DNA from: Pelagomonas calceolata
Taxonomy: Eukaryota
Assembly: GCA_918797485.1 (NCBI GenBank)
Contig: CAKKNE010000005.1
Coordinates: forward strand, 1,488,001 to 1,552,000
Length of the DNA stretch: 64,000 bases
Direction of reading: 5' to 3'
Shown: in pieces, positions 32,361 to 41,371 of the stretch
Layout: each line of letters opens with the position of its first letter
Numbering within the stretch: position 1 is the first letter of the stretch
Position numbers and translations under genes: made by a program
Notes under the pieces: generated by a model
Database searches by the model: none
The model's input: only the letters and a program-made list of their open reading frames with translations
What the model was told of the DNA's origin: nothing

Positions 32361-33599
32361 ATGAGGCTGCCCCTCGCCGTCCTGGCGGCCCTCGCGCGCA
32401 CGGCAGCCTCGTATTGCTGCTTTTATCCCGAAACCACGGACCGCTGCGTGAATTGTCAATCTATCGCGGAGGACTCGAATTATTGTGCTGCCTCGGAGAC
32501 CAAGTGTAATGAGTGCGGTCACGTCTGGTGTGCGGCAAACGACGACAGCACCGCCGCCGCCACGCCCGTGCTGCCGGACGGGCCCGAGTGGCAGCTCGGC
32601 ACCTACACGACCCGTTACTGGGACTGTTGCAAGCCGAGCTGCGCGTGGAACTCGAAGGGCGACGTTGACCGCCCCGTCCTCGCGTGCGAGGCCGAGACGG
32701 GCGAGATCCTGACCGATGCGAACGTCGCGAGCGTCTGCGACGGCGGTACCGCGGCGTCCTGCGCGTCGAACCAGCCCTGGACCTACAATGACGGCGTGTC
32801 GCTGGGCTTCGCGGCCGCGTCGGTCGGCGGCAACCATGGACTCAATGGAGACGAGAATTGCGGCCAGCTGTGTGGAAATCAACCAGTGCGTCGGGTGCAC
32901 CGACAATTCTTCACTAAGTCATTTCTCGGCGATGACGCGGCCGTCCTGGCTTCGTCGAGCGGCGAGGAATCGGCATCGTCACGCCATCGAGCAGGCCTCG
33001 CGTCGATGGCGTGGAGGACGACGCGATGATTCAGCACGAACGCGCCGTAAACTTTTGATTTCCACACAGGCGGCCAGTGCTACGAGTTGGTGTGGTCGAA
33101 CGAGGGAGGCGCCCACGCCGACATCGTGGGCAAGTCCCACATCATCCAGGTCACGAACATCGGCTACGACGTGACGGGCGACCACTCCTTCGACTTGCAG
33201 ATCCCGGGCGGCGGCCAGGGTATTTTCGATACCGGCTGCGTGCGGCAGTTCCCCGGGGGGCTCTTCGGCGGCTACTACTCCACGGACGACTTCGACTGTG
33301 GCGTCCGCTACGGCGGCTGTGCCGACGAGACCGGCTGCTCCCGGCTGCCATCCGAGCTGCGAGCAGGCTGCGAGTGGAGGTTCGGCGACTCGTACGGCTC
33401 GGATAATCCGTACGTGCGGTTCCGGCGCGTGCGCTGCCCGGCGGAGCTCGTCGAAATCTCGGGGAGTACACCTCGGGACGATGACGAGTACGAAGCCGTC
33501 GACCTCGACGCCTACGCCGGCGGCGGACTCTACTCGCGAGCTCTCGGCCGAAGGCCCGGGTTCGCGCTGGCGCTGTTTCTGGGGGGTCTAATGATCTAA
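32361..33599 (+). CDS. GH45 endoglucanase, secreted, possible GPI anchor; exons 32361-32859 and 33070-33599
   Basis: TTRYWDCCKPSC, spliced NCGQCYEL, QVTNIG, FDLQIPGGGQG, GCEWRF, RVRCP; hydrophobic C-terminus. Confidence 0.93.
32868..33069. mobile_element. Introner element (same family, opposite orientation) forming GC-AG intron 32860-33069
   Basis: Same 15-bp TIR; 8-bp TSD GCGGCCAG at 32860-32867 and 33070-33077; reverse complement aligns to 23306-23491. Confidence 0.93.
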
Positions 33600-34644
33600 C
33601 GCTATTCCTGCGAGGGTTTTGCGCGTTGCGGTCTATTGTTACGCGTTGGGCAAAGTGCTAGTGTGTCGATACACTAGGCCAACGCAAAACGAGTGTCACT
33701 GGCCGGTACGGCGGGTCTATTAGTTTGGGCTTGGTGTAGTGTAATGGTAGAATGTACTTAAATTAGGCATATTAACACACACACTGGCGGACAGCTGCAA
33801 GGGGCCCGACGCATCCCGACGCGGACGCGCCGGGACGCGAACGAGGCGCAGCGCCGGGATAACGATGGGCGCGTGAGGTCGAACGAGACGCCGCACGGAA
33901 TCGACGGGGGTGGCGTTCCACTCACGAGCGACGGGGTGACGCGGCCGCCAATCGTCGCCGCGCGGCGCCCGCCACGATCCGTGTACTCTTCCGGCTTCCG
34001 TAAACGCATGGCCTCCCCGCGTTACGATGGGAGCAGCGTGACGAAACCAAGCAGGGCGTCTGGCTACTCCAAGTCCGACGACCGCGCGCCGAGCCGTGCG
34101 AGGGGCTGCCCACTGCGTGCCGTCATGCATCAGCGACGTAACCAAGTCGTCGAGGTCGCCGCGGGCATGAGGCGAGGCCCCTCCGACGTTCACTTCCATC
34201 CGTGAGGGCGCATTACGTCGGCCGCGGCGACTGCAAAAAGACCGGATTTTGGTGGCATGCCTTGAGCGACGCCTCCGAGCATAAAAACGCTGCCCGACCC
34301 AAGAGGGGATGCGGAGGGACCATCGTGCCAGCGCACAGGCTGGTTGAGGCTGCTGGTGCCGTTTGCGGCCCGGGCAAGCTGATTCTCGGTGTCGCTAAAA
34401 ACACCACTTGTGCCAAATAAGGAATTTACCCCCCTACTCGGCTTTTTGGGAATTTTTTTGTAGAGATCCGTGAGGAGGTACCTGTGGCTGTCGCCGTCCG
34501 TTGGCGGAGAGATCGCTGAGATACCCTAGTTACACTAACTTCAGGGACAGGAGAGAGGGGGCTGGGCTATTAATACAAACTAATAGAACTTTGATCAAAC
34601 CATATTGACGCAAGGAATCAGTGCGTTGCAAGAGCTGCAAGACT

Positions 34645-36231
34645 ATGAGTGCATACGTCCCGCCCCACAAGCGGGGCAAGCCCCAAGCCAGCAGTGCCAG
34701 CAATGACAGCGCTGCTCCGGCGCAAGGCCTCGGCCGCCTGAGCCTCGGCGGCGGCGGCGGCGGCGGGCGCTGGGACGCGCCGCAGGACCGCCCGGGCCGC
34801 GGGCGGAACGACGGCGGGCGCTGGGACGCGCCGCGGGACCGCCCGGACCGCGGGCGCTACGGCGCCGGCGCCGCGACCGCGTCGCGGTACGGCCGCTACG
34901 GCGCGGGCGGCGCGGCGGCGCCGCGCGGCGAGCTGGCGCCGAACCCCTACGAGAATCCCCCCGATCAGAATACTGAAAGGGACCGCTACGTCTCGGCCTA
35001 CGACGCGGCCCAGCAGGATCATTATGGAGAGAGCGTCGAGGGCGTCGAAGACGACCGCGCGCAGTTCGCGAAGCTCATCGGCTTCTCGCGGCACCGACGG
35101 GAGAAGCTCGGGCACCGGCGCGTTACTGGAGACGATAGTGGAAGAAGGAAGCGCCAGTCGGCGCCGCGCGCCTTCGGCACGAACGACCACGGGCGCGGGC
35201 TCGAGTTCGGCGAAGACCTGAAAGGAGGGAAACGTATCGACGAGGAGGACGGCATGGTCTACGAGATGGCGGACGGGAGCGGCGTCTTCTTTTGCGATAG
35301 ATTTAGAAGGTACAAGTTTTTTTGTGGGGCCTGCGGTCTAGGATTACTGAAGGAGCTCGTGGGGGTGAACGCGATCCTATTGAAGCGCAACAAGGAGTTA
35401 TTTGTCGGAGACAAAGAAAGCCAGGCGCGGCAGCGGGCCGAGGGCTACGCGCTCTACGAGGAGAAGCCGAACTTACGGAGGCGGGGAAGTGAAATCGGCA
35501 CGTGGTCCGACCGCGAGTATTCATTACCGGGCTTCCAGTGGATGTATCTGCGGATGAAGAGTTGGCAGCGCTTCACGGAGACGTGGGCCTGTTTGGAGCG
35601 GTGCGCGCACGCGGGGCTGTTTGATCGTGGGGGTTGCTTGTATGAGGCGGAGCGCGTCGTCAGTATCGGGGGCGGGCCGGGCTACGAGCTGCTGGCGTAC
35701 GACTACTTCCGCGAGTACTGGGCGTCGCCTGATAGGAGCCAGTGGCGGGCGTCCGTGGAACTGCCGCGCCACAAGGACCACGCCTTCGCGTCGCTGGACC
35801 TGCAGCCGTCCTGGCGCGAGTACGTCGACCTGCTGGGGTATGGCTTCTCCCAGTGGGACGTGCACCAGCCAGACTTAGATTCTCTACTAAAAGGCACGGA
35901 GGGTGTCGTCTGCCTGCTGTCGAACATCATGTGCTACTGCACGGACGAGGCGACCGCGGACCTGTTTTACGCGCTCCTGACGACGCACAAGTGCGCGGCC
36001 ATCGTCGCGAACGAGCGCGGGGCCGAGCAGGGCATCCTCCCGAAGCTGGAGCGGCGGGGTGCTGTGGTTGTGAAGCTGCTGGACAACACGGTCGTCGGCC
36101 GCGACGACCGCCAGTTCATCGTCCTGCCGCCGGGCCACGCGCCGCTGACGGGCGTGCCCCTCGCGGAGGACGCGGACCGCGTGTTTCCCAACGTTCCGTA
36201 CGAAGAGAAGAAAGGAGTACGGCGTGTCTAA
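34645..36231 (+). CDS. RG-rich protein with putative class I SAM-dependent methyltransferase domain
   Basis: MSAYVPPHKR, GGRWDAP repeats; VVSIGGGPGYE motif I, SLDLQPSW, WDV, LLSNIM. Confidence 0.75.
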   Translation: MSAYVPPHKRGKPQASSASNDSAAPAQGLGRLSLGGGGGGGRWDAPQDRPGRGRNDGGRWDAPRDRPDRGRYGAGAATASRYGRYGAGGAAAPRGELAPNPYENPPDQNTERDRYVSAYDAAQQDHYGESVEGVEDDRAQFAKLIGFSRHRREKLGHRRVTGDDSGRRKRQSAPRAFGTNDHGRGLEFGEDLKGGKRIDEEDGMVYEMADGSGVFFCDRFRRYKFFCGACGLGLLKELVGVNAILLKRNKELFVGDKESQARQRAEGYALYEEKPNLRRRGSEIGTWSDREYSLPGFQWMYLRMKSWQRFTETWACLERCAHAGLFDRGGCLYEAERVVSIGGGPGYELLAYDYFREYWASPDRSQWRASVELPRHKDHAFASLDLQPSWREYVDLLGYGFSQWDVHQPDLDSLLKGTEGVVCLLSNIMCYCTDEATADLFYALLTTHKCAAIVANERGAEQGILPKLERRGAVVVKLLDNTVVGRDDRQFIVLPPGHAPLTGVPLAEDADRVFPNVPYEEKKGVRRV

Positions 36232-36240
36232 GACATAACA

Positions 36241-37065
36241 TTACAGCTCCTTCCGCCGCCGCCGCTTTCGCCGCTTCTTCGCGCGCGGGAACTTCGCGGA
36301 CCCGTCATAGCGCGGGAAGAAGCGCTTCGACGCCTCGACGTCGTCCTCGGACGCGCAGGCGCCGACGACGTCGACGCAGACCGACCGATACAAGTCGCCG
36401 TAGGGCCGGTGCTCCCGGCCCGTGAGGGCCTCGTAGGCGTCGACGACCGCGAGGAAGCGCTCCCGGTCGCCGCCTTTGTCCGGGTGCAGCTCGCGCGCCA
36501 GCCTCTTGTACGCGGCGGCCGCGTCGTTTTCGTCCGCGTCGTCGGATAAGCCCAGCGCCGCCCGCGCGCCGCTCGCGTCGAGCCCGCCGCGCTTCTTCCG
36601 CGCCAGATGCACGAGCCCCGCGGCCCGGATCGCCTCGCCCAGGGGCTCCTCGTGCTCCTCCACCACCCGATCGCAGTAGCTCCGCAGGAAGCCCCGGTCG
36701 TGCTGGTACTTGTCGCCGCCGATCGTCATCGACCCGGACACGTGGACGGACCCGCCGCTCACGGAGTGGCGCTGGTAGTAGGCGCCGTCCGCCACGCGCG
36801 TCACGCCGTAGTGCTCCATGGCCGGGCAGATGCCTTCGAGAAGCTCGAGCGTGCGCAGCTCCGACGTCGCCCAGTCCACGACCTTGCCCGCGTCCTTCCC
36901 GGCGAGCGTCCGTCTCAAATCCACGTTCATGCGCGGCTTCTCAATCTCCAGGTTCCGTTCGAGCTCCGCGACGATGGAGCAGCACGCCGAGCAGCGCGAG
37001 GCCTCCTCAGGGGTGCTGGCGTCGGCCCAGGCTGTTAAAACGAGCAGGGCGACGCGCAGCGACAT
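36241..37065 (-). CDS. Canopy/saposin-like ER protein with inserted DnaJ domain
   Basis: Signal; CSAC..SELRTLELLEGIC..YCDRVVEEHEE..C......C; AYKRLARELHPDKGG; C-terminal KEL. Confidence 0.85.
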   Translation of the reverse strand: MSLRVALLVLTAWADASTPEEASRCSACCSIVAELERNLEIEKPRMNVDLRRTLAGKDAGKVVDWATSELRTLELLEGICPAMEHYGVTRVADGAYYQRHSVSGGSVHVSGSMTIGGDKYQHDRGFLRSYCDRVVEEHEEPLGEAIRAAGLVHLARKKRGGLDASGARAALGLSDDADENDAAAAYKRLARELHPDKGGDRERFLAVVDAYEALTGREHRPYGDLYRSVCVDVVGACASEDDVEASKRFFPRYDGSAKFPRAKKRRKRRRRKEL

Positions 37066-37181
37066 CTTCGTCTCGCCTGGATTCTCCGGCTTGCAGTAGA
37101 GGCAGCGTTTACACCGGTTCGGGCTGCCGGGCAGCCTTGACCACTGTGATAAGTGTGTCTGTACACTAGCTCTCCTGGCTC

Positions 37182-37250
37182 ATTGCTCGGGGGGGGGGTT
37201 GCCGAGGCGGTTCTGCTTAGAAGGAGGTATGCTGTTACGAAAGACGCGGC
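37182..37250 (-). repeat. Copy B of ~69-bp repeat (inverted relative to 29291-29358)
   Basis: Reverse complement differs from copy A by about 8 substitutions and 1 indel. Confidence 0.85.
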
Positions 37251-37503
37251 CCGCGCGGTGTGCTCTTGAGAGAGTAGGCCGTCACTGCAAAAACCGATGG
37301 GGGCTTTGTCAGAGAAGTAGTTGTTTGGCGTAAGTGTGGGTAGGACTTTCTCAGGCTCAGGCTCAGTCTCGCATCTCGCGCTCGAGCTGGTGTTCGCGCT
37401 CGCACGAAAGAAAAAAACAAAAAGCGGGTTTCAAGGAGCTGCAATCCGGATCCGGATCTAGATCCGAGGTAAATATAGGCGACCCAAGGGGGTCCTCATC
37501 AAG

Positions 37504-37889
37504 ATGGAGGCGCCCGCCCCAGCAATCGACGAAGCGCGCCCTGCGGCCGGTGAGGCGCGTTGTGTATCGTTAGACGAAATCTCAGATCGCGCGCCAAGAC
37601 AGGACTCACAGGAGCGGCGCGACGTGAGCTCGGAGGACGCGCGGGGCGCCGTCGGCGGCCCGAAAAGTCACGCTGGCGTCGGCGGCCCGAAAAGTCCGCG
37701 CTGGACGGCCGACGAGGACCAGCGGCTCTCGGAGCTTGTGCGCGCGGCTCCCACGCCGCGTGCGTCCTGGGACCGGATTCGCTCGCGTCTCACGCGTGGG
37801 CCGAGAACCGGCCGTCGCTGCGCCGCGGCCAACAAGTCGTCTGCCCCGTCTGTCGGACGACTTCGTGGATCCCTCCCGGCTTTCTATAA
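37504..37889 (+). pseudogene. Truncated or short Myb/SANT-repeat gene; end uncertain
   Basis: RWTADEDQRLSELVR..SWDRI; third helix not recognisable; frame runs antisense into the next gene. Confidence 0.45.
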
Positions 37890-37944
37890 TAAGTACTCGT
37901 CGTTCGCTATATCTAGATATATAGATATATCTACAACAACACTA

Positions 37945-39555
37945 TTACGCCGACGCCTTCGCCAGCGCGGCGATGATGACGGGCTGCAGCTCGGGGCACC
38001 GCTCCGCCGCCGCGGCCGCGAGCGCGCCCGAGGCGGCGCCGTCGACGGCCAGGACCAGCGCCAGGGCGCGGACGGCGAGGGCCTCGGCGAGGCCGGCGAG
38101 CGGGCCGAGCCCCGCGGCCGGCGGCCGCCGCGCGCCGGCGGCCGCCGCCGCCGCCGCCGCCGCCGCGCCGCGGTCGCGGTCGCGGCGCGCCTGGCCCGCG
38201 ACGAGGAGCAGCGCGCGGACGAGGGCCACGCGGTGCCCGGCGGCGCGCGCCCAGGTCTGGGCGACGACGACGTGGAGCGCGTGGAGCGCGACGACGCGGC
38301 GCTCTGCCGGCGCGCGCTCGTCGAGCGCGCCGAGCAGGCACGGGAGCAGCCGCCGCAGGTGCGCCGCGGCGCCGTGGGGCCCCAGCAGGAGCGTGACGTC
38401 CGCCAGCCGCCGCAGGAGCTCCAGCTTCGCGGCGTTGTCGCGCCAGAGCCCCAGGTCGTCGAGGCACGCGTCCAGGAAGACGGCGGCGGCCCTCCGTCGG
38501 ACCGACGGCTCGAGGACCTTCCCGAGGACGAGCACCGCGCCGTGCGCGTACAGCGCGACGGTCTCGCCGCCGCCGTCCCGCGCGATCAGGGCCCGCGCGC
38601 GGTCGAGCGCGTCGAGCAGGATCGGGTGCAGCTCGTCCAAGATTAGGGGCGGCGCGCGCGTGACGATTCGCACTAAGCATTCCAGCCCGACGAACCGCAT
38701 GGACGCGTCCGACGCGTCCATCAGACTCAGGGACGCGGGAATGGCGTGCTGCGTCGCATCAGAACTCACGGAGCCGTCGCAGAGGCGGGCGATGACCACC
38801 GACAGCGCCGCGGCGAGCACGCGCGCCTCCCGCGCGTCCCAGTCCCGCAGGCCGCCAAGCGCCGGCGGCGGCGCGACGTCGGGGATGCGCCGTCTCAGGT
38901 CCCGGAGCGCCGCTTCCAGCGCCTCCGCACTGGAAGATCGCAGCGCGTCGTCCGCGTCTCTCCTTAAAACGGACGAGCAGGTGCCGAGCGGGAGGTACGC
39001 CGTGCGCTCCGCCAGTCCCCGGAGCGGGCCGCGCGCGAGCGCCGGCGGCAGGCGCGTCGCCGCGCCCAGGTCCTTGGGGGGCTGCGTGAGGCTCTCCTTC
39101 AGAACGAGGGGCCCGCGGCCCGCGACCGGCGCCAACCCGACAACATGTCCCGTGTGCGCGCAGCTCCTTACGAGAAACGGCAGGACGCGCCGCGCGGCCT
39201 CGGCGTCCGGATGCGCCTCGGCGCCGGGAGCCGGCGGCAGCGCGGCCGCCACGAGCGCGTGGACGTGCGGCGCGAGCGCCTCGCCGACGGCCTCGTCTCT
39301 GACGGACGCGCACCAGCGCTCCAGCACCATCGCGCGCGCGTAGGTCCACTGCTCCGTGGCCTTGATGGCTTCCACCCATGCGGGCGGCGGCGGCGGCAGC
39401 GCTTCTAGGACGGCCCGCGTCGCCTGGCGGTCCGGCCCCGGGAGGTGGCCCTGCCGCTCGTCGAAATGCGGGAAGGGCGCGTCGTCGCCGATGGCCGCGG
39501 CGACCGCGGCCTCCGCGGCGGCCAAGGCGTCCACGGCGTCCACGGCGTCCGGCAT
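37945..39555 (-). CDS. HEAT/ARM-repeat protein, Tti2-like
   Basis: IPASLSLMD....RFVGLECL and QTWARAAGHRVALVRALL resemble Tti2; first plausible ATG 39555. Confidence 0.65.
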   Translation of the reverse strand: MPDAVDAVDALAAAEAAVAAAIGDDAPFPHFDERQGHLPGPDRQATRAVLEALPPPPPAWVEAIKATEQWTYARAMVLERWCASVRDEAVGEALAPHVHALVAAALPPAPGAEAHPDAEAARRVLPFLVRSCAHTGHVVGLAPVAGRGPLVLKESLTQPPKDLGAATRLPPALARGPLRGLAERTAYLPLGTCSSVLRRDADDALRSSSAEALEAALRDLRRRIPDVAPPPALGGLRDWDAREARVLAAALSVVIARLCDGSVSSDATQHAIPASLSLMDASDASMRFVGLECLVRIVTRAPPLILDELHPILLDALDRARALIARDGGGETVALYAHGAVLVLGKVLEPSVRRRAAAVFLDACLDDLGLWRDNAAKLELLRRLADVTLLLGPHGAAAHLRRLLPCLLGALDERAPAERRVVALHALHVVVAQTWARAAGHRVALVRALLLVAGQARRDRDRGAAAAAAAAAAGARRPPAAGLGPLAGLAEALAVRALALVLAVDGAASGALAAAAAERCPELQPVIIAALAKASA

Positions 39556-39667
39556 CGATGCGAACGCGGGCTCCCGCTGCTTCGGGCAGTCGCTAGCGAT
39601 GGTTCGCAATATGTTCGGAGCCCGTGCACCCGGCTCTACGCTCAAGCAGCCGCGCTCGTCGAGCTTT

Positions 39668-39690
39668 GCTAGTGTCTTATTGCCGCTAGC
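39668..39690 (-). promoter_or_regulatory. Bipartite CTAG motif in a divergent promoter
   Basis: GCTAGTGTCTTAT-N4-GCTAGC between ATG 39555(-) and 39836(+). Confidence 0.6.
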
Positions 39691-39835
39691 CAAAACGCGA
39701 GCGCGTGAGCGCGGTTGAAGGCTGCGTGCTCTGCGAGTAAGCAAGCGAACGCTGCTTTTGAACTGCTGCTCTTGGTCTGCAGTACAAGACACAGCTCCTA
39801 AACCGCTGCAGCCCCAGAGCAGAACGAGTGCAGCC

Positions 39836-40384
39836 ATGCTCCTGCGCGTCCTAGGCATCGCATGCATAACGAGCGCGGCCCGCGTCGAGGTCCAGGCCGA
39901 CGCGACGACGGCCGAGGTCCGAGAAATCGACTTCGCCCTCATCTCGGCCGCGGCCGACGGCAACGCGACGGAAGTGAAGCGGCTGCTGGACAAGGGCGCC
40001 GACGCGACGGCCAAGACGAAGGAGGGCGAGACGGCGCTCCACACGGCCGGGATTTCTGGAGACGCCGCGGTCGTGCGGCTCTTGGTCGAGGCCGGCGCGG
40101 ACGTCCACGCGCGCGTCACGGCGCAGCGAGGTCTACGCATGCCGCCCCTGGCGTGGTTCGTCTATGGCCTGCACCTGGAAGGCGCGCGGGCTTTGCAAGA
40201 GGCGGGCGCGGACCTCAACTTGGTTTTCGACCGCGAAGACGGCAAGCAGCTCACGGTGTTGGACGTCGCGTCGGGCCTGGCGTCGGGCCACGAGCTCGTC
40301 GCCTTTATCAGGGAGAAGGGCGGGAAGCGGTTCGACGAGCTGACCGAAGGTGAGAGAACAAGGTACGGGGGGCGTAAAACTTAG
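39836..40384 (+). CDS. Ankyrin-repeat protein with signal peptide
   Basis: [21 protein letters not shown]; hydrophobic leader. Confidence 0.88.
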   Translation: MLLRVLGIACITSAARVEVQADATTAEVREIDFALISAAADGNATEVKRLLDKGADATAKTKEGETALHTAGISGDAAVVRLLVEAGADVHARVTAQRGLRMPPLAWFVYGLHLEGARALQEAGADLNLVFDREDGKQLTVLDVASGLASGHELVAFIREKGGKRFDELTEGERTRYGGRKT

Positions 40385-40944
40385 AAGTCGTCGTCGTCGG
40401 ACGAGAGGTCATCCAAGGGATTCTCGCCGCGCTTCTTCATGACGCGGAAGAACTCGTCCTCGTTGATCATGCCGTCGCCGTCCCGATCGGCCTCGTCGAT
40501 CATCTCCTGGAGCTCCTCGTCCGTGAGGTTCTCCCCTAACTCATTGGCCACTCTTTTCAGGTTGCGGAACGAGATGGCCCCCGTCTGGTCGTCGTCAAAG
40601 AGCGCAAAGACCTTCATGATCTCCTCGCGCGTATCTCTGGATTGCAATTTGGGAGTCGCCATTTCCACGAAGTCGTCGAAGGGCACGACCGCCGACGACT
40701 CCTTGTCGACGTCCTGCATCATCCGCCGGATCTCCGCCTTCTTGACCTGGAAGCCCAACGCCCGGAACGCGGCCTTCAGCTCTTTTATGTCGATCTGGCC
40801 GCGGCCTTCGGTGTCAAACAAGTTGAAGGCCTCCCTGACCTCCTCCATTTCTTCTTCACTTAATCCGGCGCGCTTCCTCGGCTTGCGCCCGCCGGCTAAT
40901 GCTCTAGCTCCTGATTCCGCGCCGAAGCGCGCGCGGCCGGACAT
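40381..40944 (-). CDS. CETN: Centrin (caltractin)
   Basis: [57 protein letters not shown]. Confidence 0.95.
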   Translation of the reverse strand: MSGRARFGAESGARALAGGRKPRKRAGLSEEEMEEVREAFNLFDTEGRGQIDIKELKAAFRALGFQVKKAEIRRMMQDVDKESSAVVPFDDFVEMATPKLQSRDTREEIMKVFALFDDDQTGAISFRNLKRVANELGENLTDEELQEMIDEADRDGDGMINEDEFFRVMKKRGENPLDDLSSDDDDF

Positions 40945-41091
40945 GGCGCGTTCAAAGTCCGGGGCCCGCGGGCGGTGGCGGCAGCGCCGTGGTGTGCCGA
41001 GAGCTTTTCGACACCTGCCTGCCGAAAAGTGGGCGCTGGCACGCGGCGGGTGGGCAGTGGCGCTCGAATGCCTGCCACTTTTTTGATCTGC

Positions 41092-41114
41092 GCTAGTGTC
41101 TTATTCACGCTAGC
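41092..41114 (-). promoter_or_regulatory. Bipartite CTAG motif in a divergent promoter
   Basis: GCTAGTGTCTTAT-N4-GCTAGC between centrin and the ferric reductase. Confidence 0.6.
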
Positions 41115-41371
41115 TCGATAGCCGGCGCTTTTGCGACTCTGACGAATAATAGGTCACGCGGGCGCAGTGCAACCTAACACAGCAGTCACAGATGGCTCAT
41201 ACACCGCACCGCTGATTCTACGGCATTCTACGGCAAGACATAGCAGTCACAAGTACACCTAATCAGACCCTTCTTCCTGAGGCGACACAACGCGCGCACG
41301 ACCATCAAACGACACTCGCGACGCTGTAAAAGACGCACCTTGATCAGAAGCACACCTCAAGACCCACGACG

